DNA from: a virus
Lineage: Duplodnaviria; Caudoviricetes
Length of the DNA stretch: 61,883 nucleotides
Strand: one strand, 5' to 3'
IMG/VR virus record: IMGVR_UViG_3300044726_000045
Coordinates: 1 to 61,883 of that record
Made by a program: the position numbers and the translations under genes
In this document: positions 8,201-17,774 of the stretch, piece after piece
How the letters are laid out: each line of letters starts with the position of its first letter
How positions within the stretch are numbered: the stretch's first letter is position 1
The notes under the pieces: generated by a model
What the model was told of the DNA's origin: nothing
Databases searched by the model: none
The model's input: the letters and a program-made list of their open reading frames with translations, nothing else

Positions 8201-10328
8201 GAGCAATGGTATTGGACGCCGCAACCACTTCCCCCGCCGCATTCTTCGCCACATAACTCGGATGGCTCTCGGTGTGGTTGCGACTCTCATGCACGGTGAA
8301 CGTGGGTGGCTCGGTGGGCAATGGCTTCAGTAGCCCTCGCTCCTTCCGAAGCTCATCCATTCGAAGCTCTGTCAGCTTCAGTGCGATGGCATGGGTGCGT
8401 GCATAGTTAGCATCGGAGTGTGTACCTTCCTTCACCCCTGTGGTCCACCGATCCGGTTCACCGGGCTTAGTAATGACATTCAGCTTATGCTCAATCATGA
8501 ATGACAGTTTGTCCCGGTCTAGTAGATTGTTCCACTCCGCACTGATCTGCTCCGATTCTAGTTGACTGACACGCTCTGAATAACTCTCTGACTCCAACGC
8601 CTTCTCGACTGCCTGTAGATAGTTCTCGTTGTAGGCGGCATCCCAGTGCTCTTTGACGATGTTCTTCTGTTCAAGCGTCAATTCTTCACCGGACGTAAAC
8701 CGCAACGCATCCAAATCCAACTCGACCGTGCCCCCGTGATTTTTCCTACCACTGGGATACCACCCCGCTTCTTCATGATCGCCAGCCCCATAATCGATGG
8801 TGTCAGGGTCCAGCGTCTTATGTAGACTCAGGGTCAACGGGAGTGTGGAGTCCGTGTCCTTGAAGGGCTTGGCGTGATCGAGTGTGGCAATCGTATCTTC
8901 GAAGGCTTTATCGAGAACACCTTGATTATCTCTCCCCACCTCAGCCCGAACCTCATCCTCCAATCCTCTCGTATCTACATCAAGGTTTCCATATTGCTCT
9001 TCCTCCCATGCAGAACGCACGGCATCTTGGGTGCTGTCATCCACTTCGTCCCATATCTTCGGCTCGGGAGTCTGGTCATACCTAGCCGTCTTCACCGCCT
9101 GTGGCAGAAGTTTCTCGACGGCTATGATCCCGGTCTTCGCCTGCTCAGCTAAGACAGGATCAGACGTAGCTGACCCTACTCGACCTGTCGCCGCGAATTG
9201 CCCACCCTCTGACGAGCCTCCGGGTTCTCGTGGGTGTTTACTCTCATCGAACGCCGCTTCCTTCTTGGCAACTGATTGCAATTTCTTCCACAGCGGCACG
9301 TCGGAGTAGGCGCGAACTTCGTGCAGGAAAGCGTCAGAGCCTGTAGTAACTAAGGCTTCTATTGGAATTTGTGCTGATGGAATGGTCAGCGTTTGAATGT
9401 CTTCAGGCTTCAGCTTCGCTAGATGCTCCTGTCGCCCAAACAGAATGGGATTCTTGAGAATGGGTATATCTGAATGCCCACGCAACTGCAAATACGCATT
9501 CAACGTATCCTTCATCAAACTGCGACGAAGCCGTTCCTTCTCTTCGGGGGCCAAGACACCAATGTGTCCATAGGTTTTCCCTCGATCTTCATCAGCATAC
9601 TTACCTGTGGGGTCAGATACCCACGCCCCTTTCAGGCCATGGACGTTCCCTTCCCAGAAATCCTTCGCATACCCTACGGCATTATCCAGCGACCCCTTGG
9701 GTAGCCCAGCTTCCTGTTCATCTTCTCGTGCCCACTTCTCCAAAACATCAATGTCTAGCTCACCTCGGGCAATCTGAACGGCTCTCCGCAACTCCCTCTG
9801 GATGACCGTAGCGTCCTCTCTGGACGACGTAAAGGACACGCCGAGTGCTTGGCCCCCGCCTAGCCCTCCGTCCTCTCTCAGCCCTAGCAGGACGCCTGAC
9901 GCCTCCACAGCCGGGGCATTTGTGGTGACGTGAAATAGCGTCTCTGGTAGCTTCTCACGGGGTATTGGCTCACCCGTCAAGAGCCGTCCTGACGGCTTCC
10001 CTGTTTGTGGGTCCAGCCACCGCCACGACTTCTCACCCCAACTCGACTCCTGCTCCACCTCAGAAGGCCGATTGAAGATACGTGGCTCACTAGCCTCAAT
10101 GAACTTGCCATCCTTGCCGCGTGGGTGGAGTGCTGCGTCAAACTTCTTGGTGAGACCACCCAGACCTTCAGGCTTCGATGGCTCTGGCGTCGTATAGAAC
10201 GCCACCCCACCATCATCGAAGACCACCTTCGCCATGGTGGCCCGTGCGGCTGGGACAGGGAGCCAGTTGTTGTCCAGATAGACAACAGTGCCTGACCGTC
10301 CGTGAACCGTGATGGGCTGCGGGATCAT
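5184..10328 (-). CDS. 1714-aa polyvalent protein: five tag repeats separating ART-like and other modules
   Basis: FHVT/VSFT/HEV module; YRG/STT/SEHE (R-S-E ART) module; YHGTS..ILKEGL module; HDYFGH module; FNQDSVL module. Confidence 0.85.
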   Translation of the reverse strand: MIPQPITVHGRSGTVVYLDNNWLPVPAARATMAKVVFDDGGVAFYTTPEPSKPEGLGGLTKKFDAALHPRGKDGKFIEASEPRIFNRPSEVEQESSWGEKSWRWLDPQTGKPSGRLLTGEPIPREKLPETLFHVTTNAPAVEASGVLLGLREDGGLGGGQALGVSFTSSREDATVIQRELRRAVQIARGELDIDVLEKWAREDEQEAGLPKGSLDNAVGYAKDFWEGNVHGLKGAWVSDPTGKYADEDRGKTYGHIGVLAPEEKERLRRSLMKDTLNAYLQLRGHSDIPILKNPILFGRQEHLAKLKPEDIQTLTIPSAQIPIEALVTTGSDAFLHEVRAYSDVPLWKKLQSVAKKEAAFDESKHPREPGGSSEGGQFAATGRVGSATSDPVLAEQAKTGIIAVEKLLPQAVKTARYDQTPEPKIWDEVDDSTQDAVRSAWEEEQYGNLDVDTRGLEDEVRAEVGRDNQGVLDKAFEDTIATLDHAKPFKDTDSTLPLTLSLHKTLDPDTIDYGAGDHEEAGWYPSGRKNHGGTVELDLDALRFTSGEELTLEQKNIVKEHWDAAYNENYLQAVEKALESESYSERVSQLESEQISAEWNNLLDRDKLSFMIEHKLNVITKPGEPDRWTTGVKEGTHSDANYARTHAIALKLTELRMDELRKERGLLKPLPTEPPTFTVHESRNHTESHPSYVAKNAAGEVVAASNTIAQVTQNAKDWATNQMTLSDDLSSKKIISEVWESWKVKSGEGLGLSLQLAAARELGGHHRMTPGEVEYAELDAKSVGGIETLQAYVRAQWEVTQMVMKKAGEDKIDVYRGLMLPGDVVRTTPREMFTPNAKPVAPPANVKALHRKEPGREKEEYVTFDYMGEHFVVEKEVVMVRPKEDIDPGETDVAEIETTEAAVQRRVAAYHESTQGRALAFIKLPALQLKRAGAQSTTGTADVANDWGGVGDLPPDPVRVVLRIEAPPTSVLSLPVYGENNQSEHESVLLGTRDRWLWDAWRDRAPLFKNITVTTGGQMAQKADTLVIDLQAEDRGKPHWMSSVDWSTVQKFDESQHPRDGKGRFAYHGTSNELAQKILKEGLKPLSEMDRSSPVGKGFASTSEKVALSYAAMASNDSVDTITVIVFKPEASRYFQPANKHAFGPSGSWAQARRTEMSSTETVPPEMIHEVRQYQLADVVAALGPQGGKQYADWESSLEDVDPVKVVKKQEQVIYVAFLTMSEAVLKWDASKHPREPKGGPSGGQFTEGVGQGGEKAPQPHARTGSGRGGTVPAKATTGRPEAVPEVQAVADAYNAKHGLPPVQHDYVTLDEARAGTIADAYDALPLDDSGNPEVREAYKALAQEVRQQFDHIVKSGVTFTPWAKEGQPYQNSAEMVEDIRTNQHMFFYTGGEPNMFMAAHDSETGLTTNDMFRAVHDYFGHAAGGYGFGPRGEENAWRSHSQMLSASARRALTTETRGQNSWVNFGRHNYDAEGNYKKIPPQQRPFATQKTALLPESYAVMKWDESQHPRDDEGQFTRVAMTSQRPVYDPEHKENKVVFQHMGEFKKALSALPGVSRVSVKPGVGGWDGGSESMWQVYYRGNGEARKLVARTAKAFNQDSVLILKKCGGQDCQPAVELSFEGGVDTTTREYIHGILVKNGITGWTWMKRDGKTLLRMVSVPQWGGVAEKHQKDTVTISQKLRSAGLENHRRVHKVRVEVMEREGENSYDRFIG

Positions 10329-12415
10329 GACACCAGTTCCTTAATCCGCGCCTGCCGTGCTCGGTGCCACGTATACATCCCGCTCGTCATCTTCACCCAT
10401 GGTGAATCGAGACTCGGCGTGTGCTCTTCATACGCCCACGACTTCGGGTGGCGTAAATACCGGGTTACCTCTGCAATGGTTTCGTTGATCGCCGTGTCAT
10501 ACGATCCGTTACGACTCTTTACCGCTTCCGGGGTCCAGTACGACTTCGCGTAGGCACTATGCCCGTTCTCCTTGACCATCTCGGCTGAGATGCCGGAGAA
10601 GATATTCGCAGGGCCACCCGACAATCCAGACAGCGCCATGGATGCCGGGAACTCCTTGGCCATCTCTTCGTAGTATTCCGGTTTCAGTTTCCGGTAGGAA
10701 TGAATCACCACATCCCCAGCCACACCACCAAACCGCTCGTGATACCACGCCGTATGATTCTGGCCATCAGGAGTGACGGCCTTCGCCAGATATCGCTGGA
10801 ACTCCCGGTCGGCCACACTCTTCATCGTGTGCCAGACGAAATGGGATAGCTCATGGCTCACGATGCCCCGCACTATCGACGCATCACCATAACTCAAGTC
10901 ACGCACATTGATTTCAATCTGCTCGTTAGATGGTTGATAGTGACCGGCCTCGGTGAACTGCTTATCACCCACCATGAATGACGGCGGGTCTTTGTCCACC
11001 ACGTTGATGTGCCACGGACTCACGCCCATCTTCTCGGCTTCGCTGTTCGCCAGATTCGTCACCACCTCGATCTTCATGAGGGGTGTCTGGGCCTTCAGTG
11101 CGGCATCAGCATCCAGTTGCTTCATCTCAGCGGCTTTGAGTGCCGCCTTGGTCTTTAGATACTCGGGATCACTGAAGACTCTCTCTTCCACGGCGGCAAT
11201 GTTGGCCGTGTCATCAGGATTGAATGGTTTGGTTTCTTCCACAAACCGATCCCACGCACGATTGGCATGGGGTAGATGGGCTTCTTTCGCCGCAAAGAAT
11301 TCATCATCAGCGGCCATTACTGCGGCATTCAAGTCAGACCACTTCTTCCGCTCGGGACCACCACCCTCCATGTCATCTGGCTCTTCACCCGGCTGACGGA
11401 GCGTGCCTGACCGTGCAAACTGCCCTTCCTTGTCTCTGGGATGCTTACGCTCATCCCATGCCGCCTTCGTATTTAGCTTGTGAAACGCACGCTCCGACCA
11501 ATTCTTGAGTTGTGATGGCTCGACGGGCGTCTGAAGCTGACCACTCTGATAGGAGTCAAAATCATTCTCACCCTGCGGCGACATATCGATTCGAATAACC
11601 TGAGCTTTGTATTCGATGTTCCAGTCGTCCGCGATGATGCGTGCCTGTTGTATGGTCAGTGGAGCTTTAATCTCGACACCACCATACTGACCCGCTGAAT
11701 ACCTCACCACACCTGCCGCCATCACGGCCCCAAGATTTGGTGGGAAGCCTTGGCCTTCCTGTGTCAGTGCCTCAAACACCACGTCGGAGTGTTCTCGCAC
11801 CTGACTGGCGAGTCGAGTGCCATCAGGCAACAAGAGCTTCGTCTTCCTCGGCTCATCGGTGATGGTGACGGGCTGGTAGTCCTCATGCTCATGCTTGTTC
11901 AATCCCTTGGCTCTATCCAATAGACGGGACACGATACGTGCAGAGCGCGTCCACTGGCCTTCCTTATCTCTGGGCTGTGCTGGGTCAAACGCCACCTTCA
12001 GACTAGCGGCTTTAGTCTTGGCTTCATCCTCTGCAATTGATTGCAATGCCTCGGCCTGAATCTGTGCGGTGGCATTGAATTCCAGATACTGGAGAATGTT
12101 ATTGGTGGTTTGCTTCAGGAAGGTATCGAAGCTGCCGACGCCTACAAAACTTGGCTTCCCCTTGGCCACCATATTGGCCCCGAACACACCAAGGGAAAGG
12201 AGCATGTAGGTGATCCATTCCCTGTTTTCTGTCCCCACTTCCGCCATGTCAAGGTCAGTGACCAGACGGCGTGCTTCATCCCATTTATGGTCCAGACAGG
12301 CGTGGGTAATGGCTGCGTAGGTGGGGGCTGACTGAATACGCCATGACCTGAGAAGACGGCGTTGGAACGCCTTCTCCAGAGCGATATACGTTCTCAGGTC
12401 TACAGTCTTCGCCAC
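10325..12415 (-). CDS. Portal-adjacent protein: probable MuF N-terminal part, two tags and a zincin-like metallopeptidase
   Basis: Canonical position after the portal; helical N-terminal ~140 aa; HELSH...ETIAE; ATGA overlap with the next gene. Confidence 0.75.
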   Translation of the reverse strand: MAKTVDLRTYIALEKAFQRRLLRSWRIQSAPTYAAITHACLDHKWDEARRLVTDLDMAEVGTENREWITYMLLSLGVFGANMVAKGKPSFVGVGSFDTFLKQTTNNILQYLEFNATAQIQAEALQSIAEDEAKTKAASLKVAFDPAQPRDKEGQWTRSARIVSRLLDRAKGLNKHEHEDYQPVTITDEPRKTKLLLPDGTRLASQVREHSDVVFEALTQEGQGFPPNLGAVMAAGVVRYSAGQYGGVEIKAPLTIQQARIIADDWNIEYKAQVIRIDMSPQGENDFDSYQSGQLQTPVEPSQLKNWSERAFHKLNTKAAWDERKHPRDKEGQFARSGTLRQPGEEPDDMEGGGPERKKWSDLNAAVMAADDEFFAAKEAHLPHANRAWDRFVEETKPFNPDDTANIAAVEERVFSDPEYLKTKAALKAAEMKQLDADAALKAQTPLMKIEVVTNLANSEAEKMGVSPWHINVVDKDPPSFMVGDKQFTEAGHYQPSNEQIEINVRDLSYGDASIVRGIVSHELSHFVWHTMKSVADREFQRYLAKAVTPDGQNHTAWYHERFGGVAGDVVIHSYRKLKPEYYEEMAKEFPASMALSGLSGGPANIFSGISAEMVKENGHSAYAKSYWTPEAVKSRNGSYDTAINETIAEVTRYLRHPKSWAYEEHTPSLDSPWVKMTSGMYTWHRARQARIKELVS

Positions 12416-12424
12416 GGGATGTGG

Positions 12425-14308
12425 CTACCTCGACGCCGCGACAATCGTAGACAGGTCCGCATCATCAGACCCGAACACCACCATGGCGAGGAGACTGTTG
12501 AATGCTCTCAGGTCATCCGGCACCAATGACTCGACCTGTGCATTGATCTCCTCAGCGCCTTCCGCCGTCATCTCTTGTTTCTTGGCCAGATTCGGCATCA
12601 ATCCCTGATACATCGCGTAGTCCTGCACCAACGCCAGCAAATCCGCCGCCGCTTTTCTTTCCCTCGGTTTGGCGATGATCTTCTGCCCCGGCTTGGGCTT
12701 CGGGTGCATCTCATCACCCGGCTTCAGCACGACGTGCGTCTCTTCCTTCTCCTTGGGTGGCTTCGGCTCGGGCTTCGTTCCCGCCTTCACTTCCTCAATG
12801 TGTGCTGGGAGCTTGCCTGAATCCATCTCATCAGCGGTCGGCGTGTTCTTCAGTGGCATGTTGTCTGGCCCCACACCCTGTGCAGGCATCTCGGCCAACT
12901 CCAGCGCCATGCTGCTGACCGTGTTGATCTCCTTCAGGTAGCTCTCTCGGGTGGCAAGGGTGGCTGACAACTCCAGCGCCTTCAACTGGGTCTCCACATC
13001 CTTCAGCGTGATGGGCTTGGACTTGAACACGAGTGTCTTCAGCCCTAGCTCCTTCATGATGGTCTTGTTGACCATCTCATCGAACTCGGCACGCTCTGGC
13101 AGGAATACTTGGGCCTCGGCCACCATATAGCTCACCTGTGCGGTGGCGAAGTTGTAGTCAGACGCATAGCCAAGGAATAGTGGTGGCAGTCTGAAGCCGA
13201 TCCGGACATGCTCCTTGGTGGACTCATCGTACTGGGTATACATGGCGTCTTGAGACTGGGCACTGCCAAATCTCTCGACCTTCACATCGACCTTGCCTGC
13301 CGCATCCAGTGAACCACTGGATGACTGAACCTCAACCACCACCGCTCGGTTCTTGTTCTTATTCAAACCCGACAGGTACATGCGAAGCTGGTCAGACGTA
13401 TCCTTGATGAGCGTGCCACCCTGAATAAACACGATGGCCGGGGGCAGGCCACCAGCATCCAAGAACTGAAGGTTCTGTTCCTCAGCCGCACGGGAACCAA
13501 TGACCGATGGAAGCTGGTTGATCCAGCGCGGGAGCCAGTAAGGCGTGGTCACGTCAGGGTTAATACCCAGACACAGCAACTCCGACCCACGCTGCTCCGG
13601 TGGGACTTTCTTGCCTTCTTCTTCCCAATCGCCTGTGTCTCGGTTAATATGACGGGTCGTCCCGAACTCGCGGTAGTAAACCTGCTGCTTCAACGCCACA
13701 GTCTGGGCGAACCTTCGTTCGCGTTCCCAGATGAGCAGTTCCACTTCCTTCCCATCACGCATGACCTTCTTCTTGACCTGAATGGGCTTGTCCAGCTTCA
13801 CCATGCGTATGTGAGCCGTCTCCACGCTCCTGAGACCCACGACCTCTTCGGCCATGTTCCTGAGCACTTCAATGAATCCATACCCCACCGACTCCATCTG
13901 CCGCCGCAACTTGCGACGGATCGACACCATGGAGATGTTCGGGTACGGCTCTTCGAAAAATGCCTTGGCCTTCTTCTCCTCGTCCTTGTTGATGTCCTTG
14001 CCTTCCTCCACCGGGACAAATTCGTGCCCTGTGCCATCGATGTTGACTTCCATCGCTTCGATGCACTGGTTCAGGACATTGTTGGTTTGGACAAGGTTGA
14101 GTAAGACATTGGGTTCGAATGGCGGCATCAGGAACAGATTGTTCTGACTGCCTGACGTGAAATAGAGGCTTGACCATTCGTCCTCTAGTTCGACGGCGCT
14201 ATGCGCCATCACCATCCACGTTTCACCCTTGATGACCTTCTGGATGAACGTAATCTTGTGCTCGGGCCGGTCAGACTTGGACGCGGTGTCCCCAATCAAC
14301 TTCAGCAT
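12425..14308 (-). CDS. Portal protein (PBSX-like)
   Basis: CIEAMEVNIDGTG, GYGFIEVLRN, YWLPRW, NLQFLDAGGLP, FRLPPLFLG..DYNFATA motifs typical of phage portals. Confidence 0.85.
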   Translation of the reverse strand: MLKLIGDTASKSDRPEHKITFIQKVIKGETWMVMAHSAVELEDEWSSLYFTSGSQNNLFLMPPFEPNVLLNLVQTNNVLNQCIEAMEVNIDGTGHEFVPVEEGKDINKDEEKKAKAFFEEPYPNISMVSIRRKLRRQMESVGYGFIEVLRNMAEEVVGLRSVETAHIRMVKLDKPIQVKKKVMRDGKEVELLIWERERRFAQTVALKQQVYYREFGTTRHINRDTGDWEEEGKKVPPEQRGSELLCLGINPDVTTPYWLPRWINQLPSVIGSRAAEEQNLQFLDAGGLPPAIVFIQGGTLIKDTSDQLRMYLSGLNKNKNRAVVVEVQSSSGSLDAAGKVDVKVERFGSAQSQDAMYTQYDESTKEHVRIGFRLPPLFLGYASDYNFATAQVSYMVAEAQVFLPERAEFDEMVNKTIMKELGLKTLVFKSKPITLKDVETQLKALELSATLATRESYLKEINTVSSMALELAEMPAQGVGPDNMPLKNTPTADEMDSGKLPAHIEEVKAGTKPEPKPPKEKEETHVVLKPGDEMHPKPKPGQKIIAKPRERKAAADLLALVQDYAMYQGLMPNLAKKQEMTAEGAEEINAQVESLVPDDLRAFNSLLAMVVFGSDDADLSTIVAASR

Positions 14309-14384
14309 AGGCCACCTGACAAATCATGCCTTGCAATTAAAGAAGATTGTTCAGTCTACGGATTTTTGCACTCAATTGCAATGA

Positions 14385-14612
14385 CTAACATCTCACCAAG
14401 AAGTGAGTGCGCTTCGGATCGTCAGCACACCTAATCGGCCCCACGATGGCGTCATTCCCTCGGATCACCATCATCCACCCAAATTCTGTCCCGGCTGGGT
14501 TGTTGCTGTTGCAGTGCTCCAGAATCTCTTCATCCGTGGCTTCCGACACCGCGCACACACGCATATGGCAGAATCCCACAATCGGAGCCACCGTCTCGAT
14601 ACGCTTCGACAT
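14385..14612 (-). CDS. Hypothetical protein
   Basis: Start moved to MSKRIET; VCA...NPAGT..GW..C pattern. Confidence 0.6.
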   Translation of the reverse strand: MSKRIETVAPIVGFCHMRVCAVSEATDEEILEHCNSNNPAGTEFGWMMVIRGNDAIVGPIRCADDPKRTHFLVRC

Positions 14613-14616
14613 GACT

Positions 14617-14823
14617 TCACCCCAACGGATTCTGATACCGACTGCCCCATGGTTTGTAGGCGTTCGGGTCTTTCTTCGACTCGTCGGCTGACAGCGGCAC
14701 CACACGCCGTTCACCCAGAATCATGCCCTCTCGCGGCGGTCCACTCTTCTCAAGAGCAGCGGCCTCGGTATCGGCTTCCACGATGTAGGCCGTCGTCCAG
14801 ACTTCATACATCACCCACTTCAT
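14617..14823 (-). CDS. Hypothetical protein
   Basis: ATGA-coupled 68-aa ORF. Confidence 0.6.
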   Translation of the reverse strand: MKWVMYEVWTTAYIVEADTEAAALEKSGPPREGMILGERRVVPLSADESKKDPNAYKPWGSRYQNPLG

Positions 14824-15179
14824 GACTTACTCCCAAACTCTTGAATGACACGCTGGCATTCGGCTTCATCCATGTGGCCAATGTGGGCATGTCGTTTACT
14901 GCCCATCACCTCGGACAATTTCTTGTAGGCTTGGCTTCGCTTAATTCCCTCACGCTTCCACCAGCCATCAAAGGCCGCATGCGCCTTGATACGTGCTCTC
15001 CTCATGCTCTCGGTGGCCAGTGACCCCTTCGGTGCTCCTGAGTCTTTGTGCGCCCCGACTCGACGTGTGCATCCTTGGTGGGGGCACATCCAGACACGAC
15101 CAAACGAATGCCCATGGTAGATCACGGCGTCATCCACCAACACCGCTTCGACGTCATGCTCTGGGCATTTCAGACTCAC
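14820..15179 (-). CDS. Zinc-finger protein (DUF3268-like)
   Basis: CP..H, C...C..VGAH, G.LA...RRARIKAHAAFD..W, AY..L, HIG motifs. Confidence 0.8.
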   Translation of the reverse strand: MSLKCPEHDVEAVLVDDAVIYHGHSFGRVWMCPHQGCTRRVGAHKDSGAPKGSLATESMRRARIKAHAAFDGWWKREGIKRSQAYKKLSEVMGSKRHAHIGHMDEAECQRVIQEFGSKS

Positions 15180-16922
15180 GACTTTTTCTCCACAGATTTC
15201 GGGTAATATGTCTGGCCCATAATGGACAGGGTTCGCCGCCAGTTCTTTTCATCGAAGCAGTCCTCACTGCACACCCCAGCCGTGAACTTCTGCCATGGGG
15301 CGGTGACGGATGCTTCGTAGTCCACCCCACAGATGCAACATTTCAACGGCATCTTAGAGAACATGGACCTCTTCCCATTCCCCATCACGGGGCAGAAGAA
15401 ACTGTTCTTTCTCGGCCTCCGTGAATATGGTCGCGTCCGTCTTCGACGTCCACCCAAATTCATTCGACCAGTACAACGCCATCTCGCGTCTGACCAGTCT
15501 GCGTCTCGGTTTCCGGTTTCGAATGACCCATGGCATGTTATTGGTCCTCTTGGTCCTCTTCTGTTGGACGATCCCACCCCGGATTATCTCCAAACACCTT
15601 GCCCCACCATGGGCGTCGATGCCATGCCGCGTGAGCGTGGCACCAGCGGCTCCGTTCGAAGCACCCCATGATGGCCCACTCACGGCCCATCGTCTCCCAC
15701 CGCTTGGCGACGGTCTCGGGGTCACGCCACTGTTCCTTCATGGCGTCCCACCACTGCCGCCACGTCATGGGTGGCTGAGGATCGATGAGCATCAGCATCA
15801 CTTCCTGCGGTATTCCAGTGTCGCATTCCCCTTCACACGCCACCGGTCAGCCGGAAACTTGATCGCCATGGCAAGACGATACTTCTCGGCGTCCTTGAAC
15901 GTGTCGAACACCTTCTCGTCCACCACGTTTCCCGTGTCACGATTGTAGCCCTGCACCACGTATGGCATTTACTTCACCGGCTTGAATGACTTCCACACCG
16001 CCACCACACCAATGACGACGGCCACCACCCACTCGGCCACCAATATCTCGTCCAGTATCACGACTTCCTCCACAAGTCCGTTACCTTCACGGACCCGGCT
16101 TCACGAACTCGCCTTTCGTAATCGGTCTCCTTCGGGCCTCCAGCCAGCACGCGCAATATCCGCATGGCGCGGTCGTAGCCATCATCGGTGCCAAACAACC
16201 GCATGGCTTCTCTGATCTTTGCGCGTTCCTGCCACGTCATGGTTTACGTTTTCCTTTGGCCACTGGTATCCCCAACCTCTTGGCTATTCTCTCGACCTGT
16301 TTACGGGTCTGTCCGTTTCTGATTTGACGATACCCTGTCGTGTTCGTGTGTCTCCGTGACCGCTTCATAGACTTCCTTCTTGAACACCCCGGTAGGACAG
16401 AGCATGTTCTCACTGTCACCAAAAATCTCAATGTGCTCTCTCCGCAGAAGGCCACAGTTACGACACTTTTCAAAACGACAGACGCAGAGTGGCTGGGCAC
16501 TCAAATCCTCCCATTTCACTCCACACCACTTACAGAATATCGGCATTCTGCACCTGTAGCTCTCGCGCCCCACAGACACATACACGAAAATACACGCGAC
16601 GACCATCAATGATTTCCCACTGACGACGCCAATTATGCGAATGATCAGTAGCTTGCACCGCCGTGACGATCAACAACGCTTGCCATGCGTCCCATGCGTC
16701 AGACTCTCGGTCGGCAGCGGCTGGTCCATCGAATGACCATCCTCGCGTTTTAGAGTCATTTGGAACCGTCGCAAGGAAACCAGCACGAAACGCCTCTCGC
16801 AACGTCGGCAATTGGACAGGAGCAATATGCACTCGGCATTCTTGCCCACACTTCGGGCACCAGCGCCAATCACCAGCGATAGGAACGTTACAACACTCGG
16901 TGAACAACGTTTGATCACTCAT
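15176..16922 (-). CDS. Run of small hypothetical ORFs, several Cys-rich (e.g. 15538..15843, 16058..16240, 16530..16922)
   Basis: Overlapping coupled minus-strand ORFs; individual starts uncertain. Confidence 0.5.
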
Positions 16923-17379
16923 CAGACCTTACCACCACCTGAGACTTGAGCAGTTCCACCGTGTTCTGGAACGCCTTCATCAACACGGCTGGATCGATGC
17001 TCACGGCATACACCTCACCGCTTCGGGCCATGCCTGCCATCACGCAATCACACACCATATCGATCACGTCGATGAGGTTCACATCATCACGCACGCCATC
17101 CGGTTGAAGAAGATGATGACGGTTCAACTGACGATGCCGGTCCCACCACCCGGTCTGTTTGAAGCCCGTGATGAAGTCCGCATGGAAGCTGTCAATGTCT
17201 GTGAGCTTGTCGAAGTCATGACGACCTGCGGCCTTCAGCAACTCGGACGCCATGAAACCCAACGCCGCATGCACGTCTCCCATATGCTGGAGACTGCTGG
17301 CAAGGAGCGTCTCTTTGGAGACGTTGGCATAGTCACACGTTCTGGTGTCGGCAGTCTCACTCTTTCGAATCTCAATCAT
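16915..17379 (-). CDS. HD-like protein (DUF5662-like)
   Basis: H...V...HDFDK...NRHH...DVIDMVCD pattern. Confidence 0.65.
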   Translation of the reverse strand: MIEIRKSETADTRTCDYANVSKETLLASSLQHMGDVHAALGFMASELLKAAGRHDFDKLTDIDSFHADFITGFKQTGWWDRHRQLNRHHLLQPDGVRDDVNLIDVIDMVCDCVMAGMARSGEVYAVSIDPAVLMKAFQNTVELLKSQVVVRSDE

Positions 17380-17382
17380 GAA

Positions 17383-17574
17383 TCATCTCCTTTGCAATCG
17401 ATTGCCAGACTCCATCTGCCCGATGACTTGCTGGACCTGACCCTTGAGCTTCTTGATTTGGAGCTTCGCCATCTTCCGATAACCGGAATGCGGTGGGATA
17501 CCTTCCAGCACACAGTCTTCCAGCTTCTCGATGGTCTTCCACATTTCTTGCCACTCGGCTCTGGTCAATGACAT
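17383..17574 (-). CDS. Hypothetical protein
   Basis: Coupled 63-aa helical ORF. Confidence 0.55.
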   Translation of the reverse strand: MSLTRAEWQEMWKTIEKLEDCVLEGIPPHSGYRKMAKLQIKKLKGQVQQVIGQMESGNRLQRR

Positions 17575-17774
17575 CAGTGTCTCCGTCGATTACGTTCTAC
17601 TAGACCACCAGAAATAGTTTTGATGCCGGGTTCAAAATGGTATTTACACGTCTGCTTGTGCTTAATCGACAACGCAAAACGCTTGGACTTGGCACCACAT
17701 TTCAGGCATTTCAAACGATTGCCGTCAACGACAATGTTCTTGCTACGTGTAAGTCGAGCCAAATCTATCGTCAT
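17574..17774 (-). CDS. Small Zn-ribbon-like protein
   Basis: CLKC...H...C; ATGA-coupled. Confidence 0.55.
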   Translation of the reverse strand: MTIDLARLTRSKNIVVDGNRLKCLKCGAKSKRFALSIKHKQTCKYHFEPGIKTISGGLVERNRRRH

